A stretch of 64,000 nucleotides of DNA, from contig CAZXFD010000003.1 of the NCBI GenBank assembly GCA_964640635.1, forward strand, positions 65,149-129,148, read 5' to 3'. The notes under the pieces were generated by a model, which saw only the letters and a program-made list of their open reading frames with translations, was not told the DNA's origin and did not search any database. Below, piece after piece: positions 1-9,114 of this stretch (positions within the stretch are counted from its first letter, which is position 1; each line of letters opens with the position of its first letter). A program made the translations under genes and the position numbers. The stretch comes from an uncultured Gammaproteobacteria bacterium (GTDB lineage Bacteria > Patescibacteriota > Patescibacteriia > UBA1558 > S5-K13).

Positions 1-57
1 TAGTTACATAGCCAATTACTGTTTCAGCTAAATAGCTAAGCAACTACGAAGCTAATT

Positions 58-1455
58 TTATTCGTGAATCTTTTTTATAATAGAGTTTATGTCGTTTCTT
101 GTTTTTTCATCTTTTGCGATTAAGTCACAGACTTTGTTGTAAGCGTGTATTGCTGTTGTGTGATCACGGCCTCCTATTTCAGAGCCTATACTTGGATAAG
201 ATGCACTCAATTCTTTTCTAAGTAAATACATACATATTTGACGAGGACCAACTAATTCTTTTTTTCTACAATTTCCAGTTAGGTCATCAAAGTCTATTCC
301 ATAATAATCGCCAACGCATTTTATAATTTTCTTTGCACTAAGTCCGGTTTCTTTTTGTTTTGCTATTATTCCACTTAGAACTGTGTTTACAAATTCTACT
401 GATATAGGCTCACTACTTAGCTGATGAGTAGCTATAACTCTATTTAATATTCCTTCAAGTTCTCTTACACTACTTTTTGCTATATTTGCAATTGCAACAA
501 CAACTTCTTCAGAAATATTTAATTTCAAACCCTTTTCTTGTATTTTGCTATTTAAAATAGCCATTCTTGTTTCTAGATCAGGCATACCAATATCAGCAAT
601 CATTCCACTTTCAAAACGAGATGTAAGACGATCCTCTATTCCTGGTAATGATTTTGGTGGTCTATCAGAGCTAATTACTATTTGTTTGTTTTGTTGATAT
701 AGATGATTGAAGGTATGAAAGAATTCTTCTTGTGTTCTCTCTTGCCCTTTCATAAATTGGATATCATCTACTATTAATACATCAATATCACGATATTTTT
801 TCTTAAAACTTTCCATGTTTCCAGATTGGATTGACCGGACATAGTCATTGGTAAAATGTTCACTACTTACATAAGCGAGTTTTAATTCGGGAGAATTTTC
901 TTTTATATAGTTTGCTACAGATTGCATCAAATGAGTTTTTCCAAGACCTACATTTCCATATAAGAATAATGGGTTATAAACATGGCCAGGGTTCTTGGCA
1001 ACAGCGGTAGAGGCTGCTTTTGCGAGTTCGTTTTGTTTGCCCGTAATAAAATTTTCAAATTTATATTTTGGGTTTATTGATAAGTATCCATTTTCTGTTT
1101 TACTTTGTGTGCTTATATTTGTGCTAGAATGTTTTTCAGCCTCTAAATCATCATTATGTTTTTCTATTTGAGATGTTTTTTTTATGTTTTGTTCTTGAAT
1201 TTTTTCATGAGATATTTTGAATAGAAGTTTTTTTATGGAAGATCCTTTGAGTATATTATTTAATGCTTGTAATATTTCTTTGCTATATTTATTTTCTAAC
1301 CAACTTTTTGTAAATCCATTTTGAACAGCTATTATGACAGTGTCCTCGCCTACTTCTAAAATACTTGTGTTTTTAAACCAAGTTGTAAAACTAGCCTTTG
1401 AAATGTTTAGCTCTAATTCACCAAGAACAGCATGCCATAATTCTTGATTATCCAT
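58..1455 (-). CDS. dnaA: Chromosomal replication initiator DnaA
   Basis: YNPLFLYGNVGLGKTHL Walker A, DDIQF, QEEFFHTFN, C-terminal GGRDHTT motif. Confidence 0.99.
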   Translation of the reverse strand: MDNQELWHAVLGELELNISKASFTTWFKNTSILEVGEDTVIIAVQNGFTKSWLENKYSKEILQALNNILKGSSIKKLLFKISHEKIQEQNIKKTSQIEKHNDDLEAEKHSSTNISTQSKTENGYLSINPKYKFENFITGKQNELAKAASTAVAKNPGHVYNPLFLYGNVGLGKTHLMQSVANYIKENSPELKLAYVSSEHFTNDYVRSIQSGNMESFKKKYRDIDVLIVDDIQFMKGQERTQEEFFHTFNHLYQQNKQIVISSDRPPKSLPGIEDRLTSRFESGMIADIGMPDLETRMAILNSKIQEKGLKLNISEEVVVAIANIAKSSVRELEGILNRVIATHQLSSEPISVEFVNTVLSGIIAKQKETGLSAKKIIKCVGDYYGIDFDDLTGNCRKKELVGPRQICMYLLRKELSASYPSIGSEIGGRDHTTAIHAYNKVCDLIAKDEKTRNDINSIIKKIHE

Positions 1456-1935
1456 TTAGTTTTTAGTAGTTAGTATTTAGTCTTTAGTGTTATGCGTAAT
1501 TTGATACGTTAATTTATTGAGAATTTTTCGTATTTCTATTAGTAGTAATTCTATTTCTGTATATTCATCTTCGTTCCCGAAATTTAGTAATTTTCCTATT
1601 TCTAATTGAGTTTCGAGTTCAGAACTAGATGCGTAGGCTATTAGTAAAAATCTTCTAAATTCATTTCTTGTAAATCTTGACTGACCTTCTGCAATATTTG
1701 AAGGTATTGATATCGCACATCTTTTTATTTGACTAGTGAGTCCAAACTGTTCTGATTTTGGGTACTTGTCTGTTAATTTATAGATTTTAATCGTCAATTG
1801 TATTGCTTTTTGCCAAACGATAAAATCCTTATATGAGGTTATCATAAAGCGCTTTTCTTTAATTGTCATTTCGTAAGTAATTAGTATTAGTAGAGTTTAT
1901 CTAAATACTAAACCCTAATAACTAAATACTACCCT
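1456..1935. repeat. Degenerate ~7-bp repeat arms (TTAGTAT/ATACTAA-like) bracketing the four-helix-bundle gene
   Basis: tttagtttttagtagttagtatttagtctttag at ~1456-1488 and tctaaatactaaaccctaataactaaatact at ~1900-1930 are approximate reverse complements. Confidence 0.75.
1477..1869 (-). CDS. Four-helix-bundle protein (23S rRNA intervening-sequence / bAvd-like family)
   Basis: SYKDFIVWQKA...E.FGLTSQI.R.A.SIPSNIAEG...ELETQL signature; start may be the second Met. Confidence 0.92.
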   Translation of the reverse strand: MTIKEKRFMITSYKDFIVWQKAIQLTIKIYKLTDKYPKSEQFGLTSQIKRCAISIPSNIAEGQSRFTRNEFRRFLLIAYASSSELETQLEIGKLLNFGNEDEYTEIELLLIEIRKILNKLTYQITHNTKD

Positions 1936-1984
1936 TATTTTATACTATTTTTACAACTAATGGAATAGGCCTAATTATGCTAAA

Positions 1985-2054
1985 AGTGCATAAAGTGTGA
2001 ATAAGTGTGGATAATGTTTAGAGTTTAGTATTTAGGGTTTAGAAGTGTGAATAA
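1985..2054. promoter_or_regulatory. DnaA boxes upstream of the dnaA operon
   Basis: TGTGGATAA at 2006-2014 (perfect); TGTGAATAA at 1996-2004 and 2046-2054. Confidence 0.85.
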
Positions 2055-2465
2055 TTTAAGGAAAATAAAAAACCGCCAGCAATTAAACCAGCGGTTAAAT
2101 AAATTAATTTCAGGGTCCTCTCATTTTTAACCCCTTTGAGTTCTTGTATGCTGATATGGTTGTCCAGGGATTGGACCGTCAGCAGCTTGTTGATTTTCGT
2201 AGGGACTTAATTATCCCCTATTTCTTGAGCTCTACTCCGGAGGGACACTTTAACCGCTCGTCAAAGTGTATAGGGTTGTTTTTGTTATAGTGCAAACCCT
2301 TCATTAAGTGGGTAGAATCACTTAATGTTAACGCACTCAAGTAATTCGTTTAATTCGTTTCATTTTTCCTCCAAAGGCAATAATCGGTGATTAACGTCGG
2401 ATTTGGCCAGCTCTAAGCGCAACTTTTACCGTTGCTTTCTGGAATTCTTATCGGCCAAGAGTTTA

Positions 2466-2687
2466 TTAGTTATTGATTTTGATGATGTGTCTCGGGGTTT
2501 TTACTATTAAGGATAAATGGAATAATAGTATGTATGCCCAAAGAGTAAGATTGGTCCATTCTTTCATGGGAATCTTGGAGAAATCTCCTACGCTTATTAT
2601 CTCTTGAATACTGAAGATTATTCCAAATACTGCTATTGCAATAAGGAATATCCCACAAATGATGCCTATGACGTCTAATCTTGTCAT
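2466..2687 (-). CDS. Small two-TM hypothetical protein
   Basis: GAGGAG RBS; two hydrophobic segments. Confidence 0.55.
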   Translation of the reverse strand: MTRLDVIGIICGIFLIAIAVFGIIFSIQEIISVGDFSKIPMKEWTNLTLWAYILLFHLSLIVKTPRHIIKINN

Positions 2688-2716
2688 TTTAACTCCTCGT
2701 CCTATAAAAGGATTTT

Positions 2717-2971
2717 TTATGATTCTTCTTCATTGGCGCAGTGGCTACAGTAATTACTATAGCACTTTGTGCCATCGGTCGTGTTACACGACATGCATGC
2801 CTCTGAGCAGGAGCAGGTCTTATGGATAATCTCAGAGGTTCCAGCACTTTCGATATGATATACTTCTCCACAGGAATTGCAAATCCTGTGGTGTATCTCT
2901 GAGGTTTCAGAGATAAACTCTTTACACACGATGCAAGGATTTTCCTTTTTTTCATTCATTATTTCAAGCAT
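2717..2971 (-). CDS. Cys-rich small protein (multiple CxxC), putative zinc-binding
   Basis: GGAG RBS; CIVC, CNSC, CSC, CMSC, CSHC. Confidence 0.6.
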   Translation of the reverse strand: MLEIMNEKKENPCIVCKEFISETSEIHHRICNSCGEVYHIESAGTSEIIHKTCSCSEACMSCNTTDGTKCYSNYCSHCANEEES

Positions 2972-3366
2972 TTTTTCTCCAAAGTCGCTTTATATTTTTG
3001 TCTTTTAGCGACTCAATCCCCTCAAGCGGGTCACGTATCTTGTATATTCTTTGGAGAATTATTTAATTACTTTACAGCAATCAAAGCAGTGCAGAGATAA
3101 GGTTTTATTTATGGCCTTGTCTTACGTAATTACCATTTATTATCATCACCCAAGGGTTAAGATAAAGTAATATTGTTTGACATTTTTAAAATTTGCCATG
3201 TCTTGCCTTATTTATTTTCTCTATTTTAAGCCAAATCCGATCCATAAAAGATAAGAAATAGCTTTGTGTATAGTTCCCTCCGCACTATTTTGATTGCTGT
3301 TTGTTTTTTATCTCGGCCTAGCTTTAGCGAAGCCGGATATTTGTCAATGAACCAGGTTAATATAGT

Positions 3367-3456
3367 AGTATAGCACATTAAGTGTGTATTGTCAATAGTG
3401 ATTGGCTGACTATCTAGATTAACATAATAGTATAGCATAATACATGTATATTGTCA
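3367..3456 (-). promoter_or_regulatory. Two tandem near-consensus sigma70 promoters
   Basis: TTGACA-17bp-TATACT occurs twice on the minus strand, each with TG just upstream of the -10. Confidence 0.75.
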
Positions 3457-3536
3457 ATATCAATGAATTAACAAAAAACCACCAACACTTTTTAATGTTG
3501 ATGGCTAATTTTTAGAAATTAATGTTTTGGAACTGT

Positions 3537-4094
3537 TTAATCTATTTTTGCAAAAACGATTTCTTTGCAATCTATCTGACAGGCTTTTAGGTGCGCATAG
3601 AACGAAGCTTCTTTAAAAATGTCTGGCACGTCATCTAAGTCTCCCTCGAAGTATATTTTTTTAGAAATTTGAATCTCATCACTAAAAAATTCTATGGCCA
3701 AACACTCTATCAGCACTTTTGATCCAGGACAATAAGCGGTTATTTTGATAAAAGGTTTGCTTAGCACAAAACAAGCGTGAAGATTGTTAGCCCTTAATTC
3801 TTTGAAATAAAATAAGGGTTTAATTTTTTGGCCTCGAGTTGTGCAAATTATTGTTGATTGTCCATTTTCTCCATCTCTCCCACCAGATTCATATTCACAG
3901 ACATTCACTTCGCACATGCCTTTAAATAGATACTCTGATAAATAGTATGGAATTTTGTATATAAGATTATTCTCTTGAGATTGTTTTAATTCTATTATTA
4001 AAGCATCTTTTACTTTTCTGTGCTTAAATCCAAAAACATCAAGCTTATTGCAAATAGCTACAGTATAATTAGGTAGTTTTAATTCTATAGTCAT
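3537..4094 (-). CDS. Hypothetical protein (possibly phage-derived)
   Basis: 185 aa ORF with GGAGG RBS and its own TTGACA/TATGAT promoter. Confidence 0.75.
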   Translation of the reverse strand: MTIELKLPNYTVAICNKLDVFGFKHRKVKDALIIELKQSQENNLIYKIPYYLSEYLFKGMCEVNVCEYESGGRDGENGQSTIICTTRGQKIKPLFYFKELRANNLHACFVLSKPFIKITAYCPGSKVLIECLAIEFFSDEIQISKKIYFEGDLDDVPDIFKEASFYAHLKACQIDCKEIVFAKID

Positions 4095-4192
4095 TGTTCC
4101 TCCCCTATGGTTATATGAGAATTATCATACTATTTGAATTTTTTTTGTCAATTATATGTAGTGATACATTTTAAGTATGATATAATAAATAT

Positions 4193-4357
4193 ATGTTAAA
4201 AGATAAAACATTATTTTTAATAGTTATATTTATTGTTTTCCTTGTTATTGCTTTTGCAAGATTTTCTTCATCGGAGGATAGTTGGATTTGTGAAAATGGA
4301 AAATGGATAAAACATGGAAATCCATCATCACTTGTTCCAACATCTGAGTGTAAATAA
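4193..4357 (+). CDS. 54-aa membrane-anchored microprotein with EDSWICENGKWIKHGNP motif (not in ORF track)
   Basis: Read by hand: MLKDKTLFLIVIFIVFLVIAFARFSSSEDSWICENGKWIKHGNPSSLVPTSECK; TATAAT just upstream. Confidence 0.75.
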   Translation: MLKDKTLFLIVIFIVFLVIAFARFSSSEDSWICENGKWIKHGNPSSLVPTSECK

Positions 4358-4364
4358 AATTTTT

Positions 4365-4790
4365 ATGGAAAATGACGAATTAAATAAAGAAAATAAATTT
4401 CTTTCTCTTAAGACGGGGAAGTATTTTTTGGGATATGCTTTTGTCGGCGGTCTCTCAAATTCTGTAGAAATAGGATTGTTATTTTTGTTGGTAGAGATTT
4501 TTGGAGTTTATTATCTTATTGCCTCAACAAGTGTTTTTATTTTTGGATCTATACTTACTTTTATAGGAAGAAAATTTTTTGTATTTAAAGATAAAAATTT
4601 AAAAAACATACTTAGACAATTTGCTAAATATGTTTTTATGTTTGTGATAGGTATAGTATTAAATTTTTTTATAATGAGATTTTTTGTAGAAGGTTTGAAA
4701 ATTCATTATGTTTTTGCTTACATAATATCTATTCTTATAACAGGAATTATTGGTTTTTTATGGAATAAAGAAATAACCTTTAAGAGTTAG
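4365..4790 (+). CDS. GtrA family membrane protein
   Basis: Four TM helices, FVF and C-terminal WNK.ITFK motifs; start moved to ATG 4365. Confidence 0.85.
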   Translation: MENDELNKENKFLSLKTGKYFLGYAFVGGLSNSVEIGLLFLLVEIFGVYYLIASTSVFIFGSILTFIGRKFFVFKDKNLKNILRQFAKYVFMFVIGIVLNFFIMRFFVEGLKIHYVFAYIISILITGIIGFLWNKEITFKS

Positions 4791-5190
4791 TTGCTTTTCT
4801 GTTTATCATCGTTTCATATTCATTCTCGATGAATTTTTTCATTTTTAGATCATCTTCTACAAATCTTTTTATTTTTGGATCTTTATCTATATTTTCTTGA
4901 GTATAATCGCTAAATACATGTTCTCCTTCAATTGGTGAAGATCCGGAGATTATATGATATAGAGTATGTTTTCTTAATTCGTCTTCGGGCGTATTTTTTA
5001 GATTGTTTTTAAGAAATATTATTGCTTTTTCTATGATATCAAAACCATAATAATCTCCTAGGTCTTTAAGCATTTCATAAAGCCTTTTTATTTCAGGTTT
5101 TTCATATTCTCTTTTTATCGTTTTTGCTTCGTCACTTATTTTTTTTATGATTTTTTCTTCTTCGGGTGTTAGACTTATTTTTTCATTCAT
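4780..5190 (-). CDS. Hypothetical protein
   Basis: 136 aa; ATGA overlap with the upstream kinase gene. Confidence 0.7.
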   Translation of the reverse strand: MNEKISLTPEEEKIIKKISDEAKTIKREYEKPEIKRLYEMLKDLGDYYGFDIIEKAIIFLKNNLKNTPEDELRKHTLYHIISGSSPIEGEHVFSDYTQENIDKDPKIKRFVEDDLKMKKFIENEYETMINRKATNS

Positions 5191-5576
5191 AATATTTTCG
5201 GCAAGAAAATTATTATTCCTATGATAGCTGCAATCACTGAAACAACAAGAACGGCTCCAGCTGACACGTCCCTAGTTCTTGTAGTTTCACTATATCCAAG
5301 ATTTAATTTGTCTCTTGTGATATTTGCAAGTTCTTCTATAGATGTATTTATCATCTCAAGTGATATTACAAGCCCTATTAACAAAAGTATTATAAACCAC
5401 TCTACTTTAGAAAGGCTTAAAAAAAATCCAAGTAATATGATTATTGTTCCTACAAAAAAATGAAATTTGATATTTCTTTCTTTTGATGCAGAAACAATTC
5501 CACGATACGCAAATAAAAATGCTAAAAAGAACTTATTTAACTTGCTAGATATTTTATTATTATTCTTATTTGGCAT
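5187..5576 (-). CDS. dgkA: Diacylglycerol/undecaprenol kinase (DgkA family)
   Basis: AF.FAYRG...ERN...EMINTSIEE...DVSAGAVL. Confidence 0.92.
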   Translation of the reverse strand: MPNKNNNKISSKLNKFFLAFLFAYRGIVSASKERNIKFHFFVGTIIILLGFFLSLSKVEWFIILLLIGLVISLEMINTSIEELANITRDKLNLGYSETTRTRDVSAGAVLVVSVIAAIIGIIIFLPKIL

Positions 5577-5601
5577 GTGTTTATTATAAGTATGTAATTA
5601 A

Positions 5602-6081
5602 TCAGTATACTTTTATTTTTACATCAGCAATGCCTGCTCTGTCAATTCCTAGTATTTTTGCACCAGCATAGGATAGATCTATTTCAGCTAGATATTTTTT
5701 TGTAGTTTTGCTTTTTGAGTATGGTCCACGATCGCTTACTATTGCATCTATTGCTTTTCCATTTTTCATGTTTATAACTTTTATTTTTGTGCCTAGTGGA
5801 AGAGTTCTGTGTGCTACAAGTGCAGAGTCAAACATATCAAATTTTTTACCATTTGCCATTTTTTTTCCATGAAATGCTTTTCCATACCACATAGCACGCC
5901 CGAAAATTATTTCTATTGGAAAGCTATTTGATGTTATTTGAGGTGTTGTAGTAGCAATGTTTACATTTGTAGTTGAAGAAGCAGTTGCTTCCTGTGCCCT
6001 TGTTTGGGTATAATAAAGTAAGAAGTAGCAAAAGCTAATTAAGAGAAAAAGGATATAAATTTTGTGTTTGTTTATTTTCAT
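5602..6081 (-). CDS. RlpA-like (DPBB) lytic transglycosylase with signal anchor
   Basis: G.A.WYG..FHGKKMANG..FDM...AHRTLPLGT...V.DRGP...IDLS; start moved to ATG 6081. Confidence 0.9.
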   Translation of the reverse strand: MKINKHKIYILFLLISFCYFLLYYTQTRAQEATASSTTNVNIATTTPQITSNSFPIEIIFGRAMWYGKAFHGKKMANGKKFDMFDSALVAHRTLPLGTKIKVINMKNGKAIDAIVSDRGPYSKSKTTKKYLAEIDLSYAGAKILGIDRAGIADVKIKVY

Positions 6082-6101
6082 TAATACATAATAGCATAAA
6101 T

Positions 6102-6569
6102 ATGAACAATTTTCACGAAGTTTCACAAATAAGAAAAGAAGAACAAAAAGATATTTTTGACGAACCAGAAAAACAGGTTGATTCAGAGGTAATAAGTAAA
6201 CAACAATTAGATAATTTAGATGATTATGTAGATCAGTTAGCAGAAACTGATTTTGAGCACGAGTTTGAAGACGAGATAAGTGAAGAAACGGCAAGGTTAA
6301 ATGAATATGAGTTAAGAGAAGACGAGCCATATGCAGTAATAGTAAACAAGACAGAAAAAAGGGGAAAAAAGGAAAAGAGTGGAAAAGAAAAATACGAGCT
6401 TTATAATAAGGCTCATGGATCTTCAGAGGATGAATACCTAGGTCATGTTTGGGCTAGTAGTCCAGCACAAGCTCTTTTATTGGGGCATAAAAAGAATTTT
6501 AATATGACGGAAAGAACTATTTCTCGTGCTACTGGAATATTTTATAAACCAGAGAAAAAACAGGTGTAG
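6102..6569 (+). CDS. Hypothetical protein with acidic N-terminus
   Basis: 155 aa ORF followed by a hairpin terminator. Confidence 0.7.
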   Translation: MNNFHEVSQIRKEEQKDIFDEPEKQVDSEVISKQQLDNLDDYVDQLAETDFEHEFEDEISEETARLNEYELREDEPYAVIVNKTEKRGKKEKSGKEKYELYNKAHGSSEDEYLGHVWASSPAQALLLGHKKNFNMTERTISRATGIFYKPEKKQV

Positions 6570-6582
6570 TTATTTTACATTC

Positions 6583-6624
6583 AAAAAAAAGAACCGTCGG
6601 ATCATATGACCCGGCGGTTTTATA
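6583..6624. terminator. Bidirectional intrinsic terminator
   Basis: aaccgtcggatcatatgacccggcggtt stem flanked by A and T tracts between convergent genes. Confidence 0.7.
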
Positions 6625-6642
6625 TTTGTTTTTTGTTGTTTT

Positions 6643-7356
6643 TTAGACTGTAGCCTCTAATTCTAAGAAGCGTTTAATGGCCATCGGAATGATGGGGTCT
6701 CTATGGTGATATACCAAGGTGGGGTCATTTTTGACTATTTCCCAATCATACCACCTTGACCCCCCGGCTTCTATTATGCCCTCGGGGTCTACGAGGTAGA
6801 CAAGAGAAACATAAGGCCCTCTTTCTTCGTCGGGGGTGTATTTGATCCCGACAAAAGTATATCCCGTTGAATGAAAACCTTCGACTCTACTCAATCTATC
6901 AAATTGGGTTTGAGGCGCAGGTTTGTTCGCATCCGAAGAGCGAAGTCCTGTTCCGGGGCAGTGGAGCTCATTGGGATATGCAGCCTCATCTGCGGCACGT
7001 CTGGCAAGAAATACTTCTATTTTTCCTGTTTTAGGATTTCTCCTTATAGCAACGCCCTCTATCGCAGGAGTCCACCAATATGGGGACATGACATTGAAAA
7101 GGTCTGTCCCAAAGGGCTTTTCCGGATTAAGAAAGGGCATAAGTATTGTAAGGATTTTTTTGATTGCTTCTTGTGCGCTTTCATTTTCCCAGACTTTTCT
7201 CATTAGCTTTCCAAAGACAGGATCTCTCCTAGTCTTTGGTTTCAGATGCTCACCATTTTCCATAAAGGATAAGAATTGTTCATCCTCTTTTTTTGAAAAC
7301 AGTGACAGTATGATACGATGAAACTCATCCAAGAGCTTCGATGATCCAATAATCAT
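6643..7356 (-). CDS. Hypothetical protein with divergent NUDIX-like C-terminal domain
   Basis: EVFLARR...Y...LHCPG pattern; AGGAGG RBS. Confidence 0.6.
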   Translation of the reverse strand: MIIGSSKLLDEFHRIILSLFSKKEDEQFLSFMENGEHLKPKTRRDPVFGKLMRKVWENESAQEAIKKILTILMPFLNPEKPFGTDLFNVMSPYWWTPAIEGVAIRRNPKTGKIEVFLARRAADEAAYPNELHCPGTGLRSSDANKPAPQTQFDRLSRVEGFHSTGYTFVGIKYTPDEERGPYVSLVYLVDPEGIIEAGGSRWYDWEIVKNDPTLVYHHRDPIIPMAIKRFLELEATV

Positions 7357-7463
7357 TTTTAGTTCCTCCTATATTTTTGGATTTTCATATAAAATTAGCA
7401 CATTATATACTCTTTGTCAACGCTAGGTGTTTAAATAAAAAAACGGGTATGAATTTACCCGTT

Positions 7464-7835
7464 TTAAGTTTTAAGAAGACTTTTAAGACCCCCAATGAAA
7501 TCTCCTTTGTGGACAGGCTTTCTTAGAATAATATTGTCCTTAGAATTTTTTTCGTCAGGAATGTAGTTCGTGCAAATCATGATTCGAGTTTCTGGAGAAA
7601 TACGCATTATTTCTTGTAAGAATGCATTTCCGCAATCATGTGTTTTGTCCTCACATCTCTCGTCTGGCACATATTCTGTGACAAGTATTTGCACAGAGTT
7701 TTCTTTTAGAAAGTTAAGAACATCTTTCGTTTCTGAAAATTTGAATATCTTAGCGTCTTTATAAAAAGTAGATATAAATTTCTCATAAACGTTTCTGACA
7801 CCCTCGTTACGTTCAAATATAACTATCGTGATCAT
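7464..7835 (-). CDS. Atypical response-regulator receiver domain protein
   Basis: Receiver-like fold with KP motif; Glu at the usual phospho-Asp position (LVTEY). Confidence 0.65.
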   Translation of the reverse strand: MITIVIFERNEGVRNVYEKFISTFYKDAKIFKFSETKDVLNFLKENSVQILVTEYVPDERCEDKTHDCGNAFLQEIMRISPETRIMICTNYIPDEKNSKDNIILRKPVHKGDFIGGLKSLLKT

Positions 7836-7927
7836 TGTTCCTCCTAATCTCGATTAGATGCATACTAATACACTTATTAATTTTTGTCAAATAAAAAAAT
7901 AATAAGATACTTTTAACCTTTTATAAT

Positions 7928-8191
7928 TTACTTTGTTATTACACAGCTCTTTGCAACTATGCCGTAGAGTTTGTTTAATATTTTTGTGAGATCATTTATT
8001 TGTTTTAATCCACCCTTTACAACTATTGTTATAATTCCTGAGCAATTTGATATGCAACGTGGCTCTATGTTTACGCCAAGCCTCGTAAGTATGATATGTC
8101 CATTTTCTGAAAGTGTTTTATTTAGTTTTTCGGAATTCACTTGTCTATTTGTAACCATTATTGTAATTGTTCCTAAATGTTGTTTTTGCAT
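7928..8191 (-). CDS. TM1266-like small regulator (iron-only hydrogenase system regulator family)
   Basis: LGTITI.V.NR...LN..LSE...II.RLG...L...L.GI..K pattern. Confidence 0.75.
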   Translation of the reverse strand: MQKQHLGTITIMVTNRQVNSEKLNKTLSENGHIILTRLGVNIEPRCISNCSGIITIVVKGGLKQINDLTKILNKLYGIVAKSCVITK

Positions 8192-8310
8192 ATTATTGGT
8201 TTCATAGTTACTTAGTTTCGTAGCTATGGAGTTAAAATTGATGATATAATTAAATTTATTATATCATTAAAAAGATTAATAAAAAATATGCGCTAAAATT
8301 AAAAAGTACT

Positions 8311-8360
8311 TTATCCACAGCCTTTATTATTGACAAGGTGTTTATATGGTTGTAATATCT
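8311..8360 (+). promoter_or_regulatory. Perfect DnaA box next to a sigma70 -35 element
   Basis: TTATCCACA at 8311-8319; TTGACA at 8330-8335. Confidence 0.55.
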
Positions 8361-8389
8361 TTTTATGCCTATTCTAATAAGGAGGAAAA

Positions 8390-8668
8390 ATGGCAAATCA
8401 AAATGGAGATAGTGGAGCAAATATTGCTTTAGCTGAAGTGGAGACAAATTTCTCACAGAAACAACAAGGATTCAAGGATGGGAATGTTTTTGACAATCCA
8501 TTTGACGGAATCTCAGCACAGGAATGCGTTGTGTTTATGCGCGATATTTTAGACAATCCGGAAATCTCTTTAGAATTAAAGGATATTAGGATTACTCAAC
8601 TACAAAATATGAATCCGCAAGGATTGCGCCTGTGTTATCAAGAGAGTGTATTGCCTCACAAAACCTAA
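8390..8668 (+). CDS. Hypothetical protein
   Basis: AGGAGG RBS, own promoter and downstream terminator. Confidence 0.75.
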   Translation: MANQNGDSGANIALAEVETNFSQKQQGFKDGNVFDNPFDGISAQECVVFMRDILDNPEISLELKDIRITQLQNMNPQGLRLCYQESVLPHKT

Positions 8669-9114
8669 CCTAATCTCAGTTCAATTTTACCGTCCACAGT
8701 CAAATGACTTGGGCGGTTTTTATTTTGCAAGCCGTCTTTTTATTTTTTGTTAATATTTTTTTGTTTGTAAATAGAGCTTAATATTAAAAAAGGCACCATT
8801 CTTTTGTGGTGTCACATTTTTTGTTTATTAAGAGATTGTTTTTAGATAATTAAAGATGTAAAAAATAAGAGTGTTTATGGTTTTTGGATTACTAGACTTT
8901 TAATCTAGTTTTAATTCTAAAACCAAAACCCCGCATAAAGCGGGGAGTTGGCGAAAAGCGATTTATGAAGCGTGGTCTCGTTTAAAGCGAGATTGGCCTC
9001 TTATTTTTATTATAATTTAATGAATTTATTTGTCAAGTTCTTGCGATAATGGACCACGCCTTGTAAATGTATCTAATAATTAATCAGCTAGTTATATAGC
9101 TGGCCAAAAAAAGT

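Noticed and set aside
1477-1869. Four-helix-bundle genes as Avd of a complete DGR
   Set aside because: No adjacent reverse transcriptase or template repeat at either locus.
6082-6330. N-terminal extension of the RlpA-like ORF
   Set aside because: It overlaps the divergent plus-strand gene; the signal anchor begins at 6081.
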